From: Thermodesulfovibrionales bacterium
GTDB lineage: Bacteria; Nitrospirota; Thermodesulfovibrionia; Thermodesulfovibrionales; SM23-35
DNA length: 64,000 nucleotides
Direction: 5' to 3'
Assembly (NCBI GenBank): GCA_963715195.1
Contig: CAVQRT010000030.1
Coordinates: forward strand, 64,001 to 128,000
A program made the translations under genes and the position numbers. Below are positions 1-11,694 of this stretch, in pieces (position 1 is the stretch's first letter; each line of letters starts with the position of its first letter). The notes under the pieces were generated by a model, which was not told where the DNA came from, did no database searches, and saw nothing but the letters and a program-made list of their open reading frames with translations.

Positions 1-391
1 AGGTGAGGATGGCATGAGAGATGACCGGAGTCGGTGTATACCGGAATCCCTTCTGGACAAAAACGGTTACCTTATTCCCGGCAAAGACCTCGACTGCACT
101 CGCAAAAGCCGGCTCGGACAATGCATGGGTATCCATTCCCAGGAATAAGGGGCCGTTGATTTTATGTGCCTTCCTGTATTCGCAGATTGCATGGCTGACT
201 GCGAGGATATGGGCTTCATTAAAACTGTTTTTCAGGGACGATCCCCTGTGTCCCGAAGTTCCAAAGGCAACCTGATGGGTCGTTTGAGTGACGTCAGGTT
301 TATGCGTATAATAGGCCGCGACAAGACGCGGGATGTTTTCAAGTATTGACCGTGGTGCCGGTTTCCCGGCGAGTTCATGCAGTTTCATCAT
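1..391 (-). CDS. pgm: Phosphoglucomutase (alpha-D-glucose phosphate-specific), 5' part; runs off the window start
   Basis: Not in the ORF track. Manual translation gives [28 protein letters not shown]...[12 protein letters not shown]...[17 protein letters not shown], the Pgm N-terminus. AAGGA SD upstream. Confidence 0.9.
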   Translation of the reverse strand, partial: MMKLHELAGKPAPRSILENIPRLVAAYYTHKPDVTQTTHQVAFGTSGHRGSSLKNSFNEAHILAVSHAICEYRKAHKINGPLFLGMDTHALSEPAFASAVEVFAGNKVTVFVQKGFRYTPTPVISHAILT

Positions 392-414
392 GATTTCCTT
401 GATAAAGATAAAAT

Positions 415-1782
<1,368 letters not shown>

Positions 1783-1840
1783 CTATTGTCCCGTAATCTA
1801 ATAGACGATTACCATCTCTGATAGCATTGAGGAGAATAGT

Positions 1841-2899
1841 ATGATCGAAGGGCGTGACAGATATATCGAACGTTCCGTGAGCGCTGCTGTCCTCTTTGTT
1901 CTCATAGCAGGATGTTTTGTGGTTCTCAGACCGTTCATATCCGCGTTGTTGTGGGCATTGATCCTTACTTTTACGACGTGGCCTGTCTACAAGTGGTGGA
2001 CGGATATCCTCAGGGGTAACAGGACACTTGCGGCAACAATCATGACGCTGCTGCTTGCTGCCGTCTTTCTCATACCTCTTTTGGTGATTGGAGTAACTTT
2101 CGCTGATGAAGCAACAAGTCTTATTGCACATATACGCCGGGCATTTGAAACAGGACTTCCCCCCTTACCTCAATGGATAGAAAAAGTTCCGATCATTGGG
2201 GCTGATATTCATGAGCGCTGGGAGATATGGACGACTGACGAAACACAATTTGAAACGTTTATTGCTCCTTATCTAAAGAATCTCAGGGACTTTGTTCTAA
2301 AAAGCACTCCTGTCATCGTTCAAGCCCTGTCTCAGATACTCCTGAGCATCGTCGTCTGTTTTTTCTTCTTCCGTGACGGAGAGGAGTCTGCAAAAAGTCT
2401 TGGGAATTTGATGAAGAAAATTGCCGGAGAACGCTCCGGAAAGCTTATGCAAGTTGCCGCAGATACTACGAAGAGTGTTGTGTACGGCATCATCGGGACT
2501 GCTGCGGTACAGGGGGTGCTTGCAACAATCGGATTTCTTATCGCCGGCGTACCCGGCGCCCTCATTTTCGGTTTTCTGACCTTTTTTCTCGCATTCATTC
2601 CGATGGGACCTCCCTTTATCTGGATACCGGTAACGGTCTGGCTCTTCTATAAAGATTCCGTTATCTGGGGAGTTTTTATGTTGATATGGGGTATGTTTGT
2701 TATCAGCGGGGTGGACAATGTCGTTAAACCCTATCTCATCAGCCGGGGGGGAAGCCTTCCGTTCATTCTCATCCTTCTCGGCGTCCTCGGCGGCGTTATT
2801 GCGTTCGGATTTGTAGGAGTCTTTCTTGGACCAACGCTGCTCGCGCTCGGATATTCGCTTATATCCGAATGGACATCGAAAAAAGAACCTACCGAATAA
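1841..2899 (+). CDS. AI-2E family (PerM/YdiK-like) membrane transporter
   Basis: Multiple hydrophobic helices; DNVVKPYLI and GVLGG..FG..G.FLGP motifs; GAGGAG SD. Confidence 0.88.
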   Translation: MIEGRDRYIERSVSAAVLFVLIAGCFVVLRPFISALLWALILTFTTWPVYKWWTDILRGNRTLAATIMTLLLAAVFLIPLLVIGVTFADEATSLIAHIRRAFETGLPPLPQWIEKVPIIGADIHERWEIWTTDETQFETFIAPYLKNLRDFVLKSTPVIVQALSQILLSIVVCFFFFRDGEESAKSLGNLMKKIAGERSGKLMQVAADTTKSVVYGIIGTAAVQGVLATIGFLIAGVPGALIFGFLTFFLAFIPMGPPFIWIPVTVWLFYKDSVIWGVFMLIWGMFVISGVDNVVKPYLISRGGSLPFILILLGVLGGVIAFGFVGVFLGPTLLALGYSLISEWTSKKEPTE

Positions 2900-2904
2900 T
2901 AACA

Positions 2905-4608
2905 GTGAAGATACTCCTCGTTTACCCGTACTTCCTTGATGAGAGGATCCATGCCGAAGACGCAGGAACAGTCCCTATCGGTCTTTACTATGTTGGTGCA
3001 CTAATGAAGGAAAACAACCACGATGTCGAGATCCTCAATTGGTATGACATGAAAAAAAAAGATGCCGAGATAGCGGAAAAACTGAGGGAGAAAAAACCGG
3101 ATATCATCGGAATTTCGATTGTACATGCCAACCGGTGGGGTGGCATTGATATCGCAAGGATTGCAAAAAAAATTCTCCCCCGCGTAAAAATAGTATTCGG
3201 CGGAATCGGCGCCACATTTCTCTGGCAACACCTCCTGAAGCATTGTGAAGAAATCGATTATATCGTCCTTGGTGAGGGAGAATACAGTTTTCTTCATCTC
3301 ATTGCCTGCTTGCAGGAAGGAAGAGACAGCGACATACCGTCAGTGAAAGGCCTTGCCTTCAGGTGTAATGGGAAATCGATCAGCACCGGACCTGCGGACT
3401 TTGTTAAGGACCTCGACCAATTGCCCATGCCTTCAGAACACTTTGTGTTTCAGCACATCGTATCATCGCGTGGTTGTCCTTCCGACTGCACCTTCTGCGG
3501 TTCGCCGCGGTTCTGGGGGCGCAGGGTCCGATTTCATTCACCGGAATATTTCGTCCGGCAGCTTGAACAACTCCATCAGAAAGGAGTCTCTTTTTTTTAC
3601 ATCTCGGACGATACCTTTACGATGAGAGAAGACCGTGTGATAGCGATATGCCGGAAGATTATTGAAAGGAATCTTGCGATTACATGGTTCTCCATCTCAC
3701 GGGTAAATTTGATCAGTGAAGAGATGCTGTACTGGATGCGAAGGGCAGGGTGCATACAGATCAGTTTCGGGGTTGAAAGCGGTTCTGAAAAAATCAGGAA
3801 CGCCCTGAATAAAAACATCCGGACCGACGATATAAAGAACGCCTTTGCGCTGACGCGGAAGTATGGCATACTCCCGCGCGCCTATTTCATCTATGGTAAT
3901 CCGGGTGAAACGAACAAAACGATCCGGGAAACCATCGACCTGATCGGAGAGATCAAACCCCTGAGTGCAATTTTCTATATCCTTGATATCTTTCCCGGAA
4001 CCGAACTCTATGAAGATTTTCTGGAGAGAACAAAGATCAGGGATGATATTTGGTTAGAGAGAATAGAGGACATCATGTATTTTGAGACTGATCAGCGATT
4101 GTCGCAGGATATGATCCTTGCTTTTGGCCGAAGACTCAGGTCTGCTTTCCACAAGAAACTTCCTCAATGTGCTGATGATATTGAGCTCGCAGACAGGGAA
4201 GACCTTTATCAATTGCATGCCGATTTTCTCTCGAGGCTTGCAATGACGTTCAGTCACGGGGACTACGCAATGATTGAGGCAATCCCCGGCAAAGAAGAAG
4301 TAGCCGAAAGGCTCTATATCAGGTCCCTCTCATATGCCCCGAACCAAAGAGCCTTTCTCGGTCTCGGGAGTCTTAAACAGCGGCAGAGGAGATATGAAGA
4401 ATCGATCAGGATCTTAAACGAGGGGATGAATCATTTTCCGGAAAACGATCAGATTGCCCTGTGCTGCGGGATAAGCCATATGTGCCTTGCCCACTATGAC
4501 AAGGCGCTGCACTGCTTCAGCAAATGCCCTGATTCCCCCGAAGTCGCTCGCTATATAGAAAGCTGTCATCGCATGTTGAACTTTCCTGATAGCCATTCTG
4601 CATCTTGA
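2905..4608 (+). CDS. B12-binding-domain radical SAM protein with C-terminal TPR repeats
   Basis: N-terminal cobalamin-binding-like domain, SRGCPSDCTFC (CxxxCxxC), GVESGS, TPR-like C-terminus. GTG start at 2905 is inferred. Confidence 0.85.
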   Translation: MKILLVYPYFLDERIHAEDAGTVPIGLYYVGALMKENNHDVEILNWYDMKKKDAEIAEKLREKKPDIIGISIVHANRWGGIDIARIAKKILPRVKIVFGGIGATFLWQHLLKHCEEIDYIVLGEGEYSFLHLIACLQEGRDSDIPSVKGLAFRCNGKSISTGPADFVKDLDQLPMPSEHFVFQHIVSSRGCPSDCTFCGSPRFWGRRVRFHSPEYFVRQLEQLHQKGVSFFYISDDTFTMREDRVIAICRKIIERNLAITWFSISRVNLISEEMLYWMRRAGCIQISFGVESGSEKIRNALNKNIRTDDIKNAFALTRKYGILPRAYFIYGNPGETNKTIRETIDLIGEIKPLSAIFYILDIFPGTELYEDFLERTKIRDDIWLERIEDIMYFETDQRLSQDMILAFGRRLRSAFHKKLPQCADDIELADREDLYQLHADFLSRLAMTFSHGDYAMIEAIPGKEEVAERLYIRSLSYAPNQRAFLGLGSLKQRQRRYEESIRILNEGMNHFPENDQIALCCGISHMCLAHYDKALHCFSKCPDSPEVARYIESCHRMLNFPDSHSAS

Positions 4609-4615
4609 AAAAGAT

Positions 4616-4957
4616 CTACCCTGGCGGCCAGTGCATGATCCGTCCACCGAGCACATGAAGATGAATATGGAATACTGTCTGGCCTGATTCCGGGTTGCAG
4701 TTCATTACGAGTCTGAATCCGCGATCTGCAATCTTGCTCTCCCCCGCGATGGTATTCGCAATCTGGAACAGGTGTCCGACAAGCCAGTTGTCGTCCGTTT
4801 TTATCTCTAAATTGGTGGAAATGTGTTTCTTGGGCACTACGAGGACATGCACGGGTGCCTTGGGATTAACGTCCTCGAAGGCAAGGGCATGATCATCCTC
4901 ATAGAGTATTTTAGCCGGGATTTTTTTCCCTACGATTTCACAGAATAAGCACTCCAT
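4616..4957 (-). CDS. Histidine triad (HIT) nucleotide-binding protein
   Basis: CLFC N-terminus and HIHLH triad. Confidence 0.95.
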   Translation of the reverse strand: MECLFCEIVGKKIPAKILYEDDHALAFEDVNPKAPVHVLVVPKKHISTNLEIKTDDNWLVGHLFQIANTIAGESKIADRGFRLVMNCNPESGQTVFHIHLHVLGGRIMHWPPG

Positions 4958-5046
4958 AATTTTTTCTCCTCTCAGGTTTGTTCATTATAGCTTCACATGC
5001 AGACCGGTATTTCAGAAATCGCGAATTGAACTGGCAGGGTTTCTCC

Positions 5047-5084
5047 GAAAAAAGGGGATGCCGGATTCCCCGGTATCCCCTTTC
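5047..5084 (-). terminator. Rho-independent terminator at the end of the dsrTMKJOP-ferredoxin run
   Basis: Minus strand reads AAAGGGGATACCGG-GGAAT-CCGGCATCCCCTTT followed by a U-tract, 35 nt after the ferredoxin stop. Confidence 0.8.
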
Positions 5085-5118
5085 ATTCTTCTATTCCATA
5101 GGTATGTATCTGTTAATC

Positions 5119-5310
5119 TTACTGTTCTTTGAGTGTCACTGCACCACTCGAACAAACACTGACGCAGGTTTCACATCCTTCACACAGGTCTGCCTGATAA
5201 GGGTCTGCCTTACCATCATTCATCTGAAAGACACCAACCGGACAGTTGTTCACGCATTCTTCACAACCTTCACATTTTTCTTTGTCTACTGAAACCAGGA
5301 ACGTGCCCAC
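5119..5310 (-). CDS. 2x[4Fe-4S] ferredoxin
   Basis: CEGCEECVNNCP and CEGCETCVSVC motifs; AAGGAGGTG SD before a GTG start. Confidence 0.93.
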   Translation of the reverse strand: MGTFLVSVDKEKCEGCEECVNNCPVGVFQMNDGKADPYQADLCEGCETCVSVCSSGAVTLKEQ

Positions 5311-5408
5311 TCCTTTTCACCTCCTTATGTAAATTACCGAAACGGTTATATAGGTAACGTTAATTACGAATGCTTTATTGCACCTTATACAGTCTAGGGC
5401 TGCTTCCC

Positions 5409-6599
5409 CTATTCGGTCTTGATCTGCCTCTCGCCGTATTTATCAAACACGACTTCTTCTTTAACCGAGATGGCCACCTTGTAAAGAATTGTCAGCACCA
5501 GAAACCCGATTGCCCACACAGCCATTGTAATCATCGCCTCTGGCAGAGTAGGCCAATACTCGGTTATTCTCTCAAAAGGATTCGGTACAAAGCCACCGAC
5601 AACAAGTCCGAACCCCTTGTCTATCCATAAGGAAAAGAACGTTGCTATGCAGGCAATAGCCAGTAAGCTCTCATTTTTCCGTATCTGCGGGAAAACCAGC
5701 ATGAACAAAGCAATAGCCGCAAGGATACTTGAGACCCACATGATCGGTACGAGTTTGGAATGACCATGCAGTCCAGTATAGAGATACACAAAAGAGTGCA
5801 TATGGCCAGGAATCTGGCTGTAGAATGCCGTAAAGAATTCGAGTCCGAGGAAAAACACATTGATGATCATGCAATACGTGACTATCTTCCCTAATGACTG
5901 TATCGCCTCTTTACCGGGATCAAATTTTGTATATTTTCGTACAATTAAGGCTAACAGAATAAGGAGCGCGGGACCGCCGGCAAAAGCCGATGCGAGAAAT
6001 CGGGCTGCCATGATTGCAGACAGCCAGAAGTGCCTTCCGGGAATACCGGCGTACAGAAATGCCGTAACAGTATGAATGGAAGGGGCCCAGGCTATTGATA
6101 GATAAATAATCGGTTTTACCCATTTCGGAGGCGCTACTTCCTTGCGCTCGGCACTTAAAACCGTCCAACCAATCAAAAGATTGAGTATGAGGTAACCGCT
6201 CAGGACAAGCATGTCATAGAACATGACAGAGTTAGGAGTCGGATGAAGGATTACATTCAGGACGCGGAGCGGCTGCCCGAGATCGACAAAAATAAAGAGC
6301 ATGCACATGATGACCGCGGCAATCGCCAGGAATTCACCCAATATGGTAAGCCGGGCGAACTTCTTGTAATTGTGGAGATAATATGGCAGGACAACCATCA
6401 CGCCTGAAGCCGCCACGCCAACAAGAAAGGTAAACTGTCCGATGTACAGGCCCCATGAGACGTCCCTGCTCATACCGGTTACACCCAAACCATATTTAAA
6501 CTGATAGAGGTACGCCAGAAATCCAGCTCCGATTACTGACAGCAGAAAGAATACCCATATCCAGTATCTTCGACTTCCTTGTATCGCATTTTCAAGCAT
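5409..6599 (-). CDS. dsrP: DsrP, NrfD/PsrC-family membrane subunit
   Basis: TGMSRDVSWGLYI and DLGQP motifs, about 10 TM helices, last gene of MKJOP. Confidence 0.93.
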   Translation of the reverse strand: MLENAIQGSRRYWIWVFFLLSVIGAGFLAYLYQFKYGLGVTGMSRDVSWGLYIGQFTFLVGVAASGVMVVLPYYLHNYKKFARLTILGEFLAIAAVIMCMLFIFVDLGQPLRVLNVILHPTPNSVMFYDMLVLSGYLILNLLIGWTVLSAERKEVAPPKWVKPIIYLSIAWAPSIHTVTAFLYAGIPGRHFWLSAIMAARFLASAFAGGPALLILLALIVRKYTKFDPGKEAIQSLGKIVTYCMIINVFFLGLEFFTAFYSQIPGHMHSFVYLYTGLHGHSKLVPIMWVSSILAAIALFMLVFPQIRKNESLLAIACIATFFSLWIDKGFGLVVGGFVPNPFERITEYWPTLPEAMITMAVWAIGFLVLTILYKVAISVKEEVVFDKYGERQIKTE

Positions 6600-6608
6600 T
6601 ATTCCCTC

Positions 6609-7418
6609 CTAAAGGACGTAATACACGCTCGGCCCGGTTCCAAGTTCGGGCTTACGTCTCATGCTGAACCGTTCACTGAGAATTTTTCTGACCTCCGAAT
6701 CCGGATCTTCAAGGTCGCCAAAGATCAATCCGGGGGTTGTACCGTTTTTCGCGGCAACTTCTTTCGCTGCCTCGACACAAGCCGGTTCAAGACCTACTGC
6801 CAGCCTTTCATAACATAAGGTACATTTTTCAACGACACCCTTCATCCGTGTCGGAAATTCGCGGTTTTCCGTTGATTCATCAATATGAGGCCGGGGATCC
6901 TTGTAATTGAAACTTCTGGCTCCATACGGACAGCCTGCCATGCAGAACCTGCAGCCGATGCATCGGTGCATGTCCATCATGACAATGCCGTCGCTCTCTC
7001 TCTTGAACGTTGCTTGTGTCGGACACACCCTCACGCAAGGAGGATTGTCGCAATGGTTGCAGAGGAGGAGGAAAGGCATGTGTTTCACTTTCTCCGCAAG
7101 GTATTCATCTTCATTCCCGGGGAATGCATGTTCATATGTGTCAGTCCACATCCACTTGATCTCTTGCTTCGGGTTATCAGAACCGGCGGGGACATTGTGC
7201 ACATGATGACATGCATCAATACATTTCTGATAATCTTCAGGTGTCTTAAACTTGCTCATATCAACGACCATTGCCCATCTCTTGGCAGTCAGAGCAGTAG
7301 GACTCGATTTGATCTGAGATGCCTCGAGATCGTTTCTGACCGTGTTCGCTAATGAAAATCCTCCAACGCCCAAGATAGATGACATCCCAGCAATCTTTAG
7401 AAATTCTCTTCTGTCCAT
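6609..7418 (-). CDS. dsrO: DsrO, Tat-exported Fe-S protein
   Basis: DRREFLK twin-arginine signal; CNHCDNPPCVRVCP, CIGCRFCMAGCP and KCTLC clusters. Start at MDRRE after an AAGGAG SD. Confidence 0.93.
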   Translation of the reverse strand: MDRREFLKIAGMSSILGVGGFSLANTVRNDLEASQIKSSPTALTAKRWAMVVDMSKFKTPEDYQKCIDACHHVHNVPAGSDNPKQEIKWMWTDTYEHAFPGNEDEYLAEKVKHMPFLLLCNHCDNPPCVRVCPTQATFKRESDGIVMMDMHRCIGCRFCMAGCPYGARSFNYKDPRPHIDESTENREFPTRMKGVVEKCTLCYERLAVGLEPACVEAAKEVAAKNGTTPGLIFGDLEDPDSEVRKILSERFSMRRKPELGTGPSVYYVL

Positions 7419-7420
7419 AC

Positions 7421-7826
7421 TTATGTCTCCTTCTCTTTCGGGGCAATATGACAATCCCAGCAGTATGGTTTCACTGCTGCATAGTTATGACATTCGTCAC
7501 AAAATTTGGTCTTATTTGAATGACATTTCATACAGGTCTTCTGAAGACTCATGGTATACTTCTTTTCCGGTCGTGCTTGTATATATGGTCATCCCGTCAC
7601 GAACAACCCAATCCCGCCATTCATTCAGCATTTTCATATGTTCTCGTTTCATGAACTCTTTTGATTCAACACATTTTCGCTCACTTTCGGGCATTTTGAG
7701 GATTTCAGGGGTATCCACTTTCGGATCAGGCTTTGCCGTTGCCTTCTCCCCGGTCAACAAGAAGGGAGATATCACTAACCCTACAAAGATCAGAATCCCG
7801 ATAATTATCTTGCCTCCGTTATACAT
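7421..7826 (-). CDS. dsrJ: DsrJ triheme cytochrome c, interrupted by one +1 frameshift near 7563-7566
   Basis: Track ORF 7512..7859 gives the N-terminus (...HMKMLNEWRDWVVR). The shifted frame continues YTMSLQKTCMKCHSNKTKFCDECHNYAAVKPYCWDCHIAPKEKET* with three CxxCH motifs. Confidence 0.9.
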
Positions 7827-7827
7827 G

Positions 7828-9433
7828 TTATTCACCCTCCATTCCCGGGAGCGGTTCACCGCGCAGATTTGTCGTTCGCTTTTTCTCCCCCTTGCAGATC
7901 AGCGCATTCGCCACCATTTCATGGACACCGGTTACGTCGACTCCGGGCACCCAGTAATCCATCAATGGCGGAAGCACTGCCCTGTCGATCGCACAGATGC
8001 ACGCGAGCATGTTCACTCCGTATTTCTTATGAACATGTCTTACGGCATTCGCCCTCGGCAGCCCTCCCCGCAATCTCAGTTCCATATTTTCCGATGCATT
8101 CAGGCCGGAACCGCTGCCGCAGCAGAACGTCTGTTCCCTGATCGTCTGAGGAGGCATTTCATAAAAGTTATTACATACACTGTTGATGATATATCTCGGC
8201 TCTTCAAGGAAGCCCATGCCTCTCGATGTATTGCATGAGTCATGGTAGGTTACGATAAGATTATCGTTCCTGCTCTTATCAAGATTCAGCTTCCCGTGTT
8301 TTATAAGATCTGCGGTAAATTCACAGATATGAACGGTCTTGTTGGATTTTGCATTCTCAAACTTCGTGCCGGTTATCGGGGAGACAGGTTGTTCAAGAAA
8401 ATCCATGGGGCCAAACCATGTATTATGGTACTGGTGCCACACCCTCCACATATGACCGCATTCTCCACCCATAACCCACTTGACTTTCAGTCTTTTGGCC
8501 TCTTCATAGATTTTATTATGGAGTCTCTTTGCCATCTCATTCGATGTAAAGAAACCAAAATCCCCGCCTTCTGATGCAAAGGTGCTCCAGGTATAATCGA
8601 GCCCGAGTTCATGGAATAAGAGCAGTTCCCCCATTGCAGTAAATGTACCCGGATCTGCAAACATACTCCCGGAGGGAACGACAAAGAGAATCTCCGCACC
8701 CTTTCTGTTGAATGTCGGAGTCAACCTTGATTCCTGTGTATTTCTCTATATCTTCGATGAACATCTCAAAGGTGTCCTTGATGGTGTGAGGCTGAAGGCC
8801 AAGGTGATTTCCGGTCAACCAGCAGTTGGCGACAGGACCTGCTATCCACTCAATATTCAATCCGAGGAGGTTGAGCAGTTCCCGTGCAAGAATCGTAATT
8901 TCAGCGGTGTCGATACCGTACGGGCAGAAAACAGAGCACCGCCGGCATTCAGAGCACTGGTAGGCGTAATACCATATTTCTTTCAGAACATCGACGTTCA
9001 GATCACGCGCTCCTGCAATCTTGCCCATGATTTTTCCCGACGTCGTGCAATATTTTCTGTATATCGACCTTAGAAGTTCAGCTCTGAGGACCGGCATGTT
9101 CTTGGGATCTCCGCTGCCAATATAGTAGTGGCATTTGTCAGCACATGCACCGCACCGGACACAGATGTCAAGGAAGAGCCGGAATGAACGGTACTTATCT
9201 ACCCGCTCCCGGAGTCCTTCAATAAAGATTTCCTGCCAGTTATCAGGGAGTTTCCAGTCTTCATCTGAGGCCGACCATGGCCGGGGATTCGGGAATGAAA
9301 CGGTCTCAAGGGATTTTGCCTTGCTCGCGTAACAGAACATTCCCTTTCTGAAGACAGTTGGTGTTTCCATCCACCCTGTTTTAGCAGGTTGATAATCAAT
9401 CTTTGCAAGTTCTTCTGGTTTTGGATTTGCCAT
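7828..9433 (-). CDS. dsrK: DsrK, HdrD-like catalytic subunit, split by one +1 frameshift near 8720-8726
   Basis: ORF 8609..9433 has CVRCGACADKC and CSECRRCSVFCP. ORF 7828..8724 has the CCG domain (HDSCN...FCCGSG...CAID). The halves join at TGIKV/TPTFNRKGAE. Confidence 0.92.
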
Positions 9434-9435
9434 AA

Positions 9436-10428
9436 TTACTCCTTTTCTACAGGTAATCCGGCTGCTTTCATTTTTTCTCTGAAATCGTCTTCATATTCGT
9501 GATAGGTATGAACCTTAACCGGATAATTCCAGGGATTCACATGCATTTCAGCACGGTTGGTATTCGCAAGATTCCTTGTCGGGCTGAGGAAAACCCCTGC
9601 CATGTGCATCAGTTTGCTCATCGGGAAATACACAAGGAGAGAGCAGACAAGGAACAGATGGATATAAAATATGATATTGATGCCCTGAGGAACAACCGGG
9701 TTCAATGTTACCCACCCCATTGTTAACTCTTTGATTCCGACAACGTCTGTCTTCAGAAAATACCGCATCAAAACCCCGGTTACCCCGATAGCGCAAATCA
9801 GGAAGAGCGGGAAATAATCGGCAGCGAGGGAAATATAGCGCATCTGGGGGATAACAACTCTCCGGAGGAAAAGGAATGTTACAGCACCGAGAAATATCAA
9901 ATCAGTGATGTAGAGGACCGGTGCACCAACCTGGAAGAAACCATCGAGGGATTCAACGATGCTAATCACGCCGGGTACCGGCTCAAAGAATAACCGCATG
10001 TGCCTGATGAGAATGACAAGAAATGTATAATGAAAAGCAAGACCGCCCAGCCACAGCCATTTTGATGAAGCATAGGAGATTTTCGGACCGTCCCTCAATT
10101 CCGCCCGTGTATTTCTGAACAGTGACCGGAAGAGAAGCACTTCGAGTGCCATTCGGACGATGACACCGAAGCCCGAAGACGGGTTATCGATACTGTTTGC
10201 CTTAATCCAGGGAAATGATTTCTCCTGCCCTGCAGTTGTTGGTATGCGGAACGGGACCGGTATCTTTCCCCATTTCAAGACGCGGTAGACAATCCCGACG
10301 ATGAAGGTGAGAAACGCCGCATACGGAATTATCACTCCGAACAAGTAATAAAGGTTTGCCCCGCTGACTCCGATAAATACAACCGCAATAAGAGCTACCA
10401 CCGCGAAGAAGGAAAATAAAAGTCCCAT
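9436..10428 (-). CDS. dsrM: DsrM, NarI-like cytochrome b subunit
   Basis: PVPFRIPTTAGQ, FHY, RH and HL...SKLMH heme ligands, SPTRN. Confidence 0.95.
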   Translation of the reverse strand: MGLLFSFFAVVALIAVVFIGVSGANLYYLFGVIIPYAAFLTFIVGIVYRVLKWGKIPVPFRIPTTAGQEKSFPWIKANSIDNPSSGFGVIVRMALEVLLFRSLFRNTRAELRDGPKISYASSKWLWLGGLAFHYTFLVILIRHMRLFFEPVPGVISIVESLDGFFQVGAPVLYITDLIFLGAVTFLFLRRVVIPQMRYISLAADYFPLFLICAIGVTGVLMRYFLKTDVVGIKELTMGWVTLNPVVPQGINIIFYIHLFLVCSLLVYFPMSKLMHMAGVFLSPTRNLANTNRAEMHVNPWNYPVKVHTYHEYEDDFREKMKAAGLPVEKE

Positions 10429-10440
10429 AATGTTACCCCT

Positions 10441-10995
10441 TTATTTTTGAGTTAATACTGATTCTTCTCCGGGAGATGACTCCTCTTCCTGAACATCACA
10501 GACGATATTTGCCCTTTTCAGGAGCCTGGAAGTCATTCTCCTCACATCATCAGTTTTCAGTTCATAAATTCTCTCCCGGCATTTCATGTAAATATCAAAG
10601 GAGAGAAGGATAAGCTGATCAATCTGCGCCTCAAATTCGCTCAATTCATCCAGAAGATTCCTTTTTCTTATTTCACTGCCCGCTTCTTCCCTGATTACTT
10701 TCTTCAGGAGAAAAAGAAAAGAAATAGCCTTTGATGGAGTGAAATCCTGAACCGCTTTAATTTTTATGATGTCATTGAGGATAGGGAAAAACTTCTCAGG
10801 TTCAGAGTTCTGCACAAGCTCATTGAAGATATCTCTTATGCCCTCTGAAATGGTGTGTCCGACCGGATTCAAGAACCGGTCTTGCTGTTTTTGAAAGAAA
10901 TTGGAACTGTCAGCCGGATAATTTGCAAAGACTGCCTGAACCCATTTTTTGACAATAGAAGATTTCTTCTCTTCCAGCAGTCCCCTTAGGTTCAT
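10441..10995 (-). CDS. dsrT: DsrT (RsbRD N-terminal domain protein)
   Basis: DRFLNPVG, KAVQDFTPS and FDIYMKCRE.IYELK motifs; directly upstream of dsrM. Confidence 0.9.
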   Translation of the reverse strand: MNLRGLLEEKKSSIVKKWVQAVFANYPADSSNFFQKQQDRFLNPVGHTISEGIRDIFNELVQNSEPEKFFPILNDIIKIKAVQDFTPSKAISFLFLLKKVIREEAGSEIRKRNLLDELSEFEAQIDQLILLSFDIYMKCRERIYELKTDDVRRMTSRLLKRANIVCDVQEEESSPGEESVLTQK

Positions 10996-11118
10996 ATCCG
11001 GTATGCTCTTCTCCTTACTCCATATTCCGCTGATTTCTGCACAGGCTTATTTGACGTTTCATGCATATCTGCACTTCAAACACTTATTGATGATCAATCA
11101 GCAAGCACACAAAACCTT

Positions 11119-11166
11119 GAAGAGCAAGAAGTTATTGGGTGAATCTGATATTCCTTCTTGCTCTTC
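11119..11166 (-). terminator. Long hairpin between dsrC and dsrT (terminator or mRNA stability element)
   Basis: Perfect 13-bp inverted repeat GAAGAGCAAGAAG...CTTCTTGCTCTTC just after the dsrC stop; U-tract is weak. Confidence 0.55.
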
Positions 11167-11181
11167 TGAATAGCTCTATTA

Positions 11182-11517
11182 TTATACGCAGCCCGTCGGT
11201 TTTGGAAGGCCGGCATATCTGCATGCCTGCTTTGCAGGACCCGCCGGGAAGAGCTCATACAGGTACTTGGTATTCCCTTTTTCCGGACCCATGGCTTTAC
11301 CGATTTCTTTCACGAGAATTTTGATCATCGGTGCGATCTGGAACTTCATAAAGTATTCTCTGAGGAACTTGATGATTTCCCAGTGCTCACCGGTCAGCTC
11401 AAGACCGTCCTCTTTTGCCATGACTCCAGCCATTCCCTCTTTCCATGACTGCCAATCTACCAAGTAACCATCCTCATCAATCTCATACTGTGCACCTTCA
11501 AACTCCAAATGTGGCAT
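11182..11517 (-). CDS. dsrC: DsrC sulfur carrier
   Basis: C-terminal GPAKQACRYAGLPKPTGCV retains both conserved Cys. Confidence 0.97.
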   Translation of the reverse strand: MPHLEFEGAQYEIDEDGYLVDWQSWKEGMAGVMAKEDGLELTGEHWEIIKFLREYFMKFQIAPMIKILVKEIGKAMGPEKGNTKYLYELFPAGPAKQACRYAGLPKPTGCV

Positions 11518-11588
11518 CGTTGCTTCCTCCTTCTTTTGAAATGTAGTTTATTTGATAGAAGACCTCTCCCATCAATCCCAGGCTGATT

Positions 11589-11618
11589 ATCTTATCATAC
11601 ACATGAGTCTTCTTTCAA
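11589..11618 (-). promoter_or_regulatory. Putative sigma70 promoter for dsrC
   Basis: TTGAAA-N18-TAAGAT with a TG extended -10. Confidence 0.5.
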
Positions 11619-11694
11619 CGGAACATGAAAAGATTTCTTCTGAATGGGTTATACAAGGTAATACAAAGAGATAACGATGGTCAAATAAAAAAAT

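Noticed and set aside
11087..11097. TTGAT-G-ATCAA upstream of dsrT as an FNR box
   Set aside because: The spacer is 1 nt rather than the required 4.
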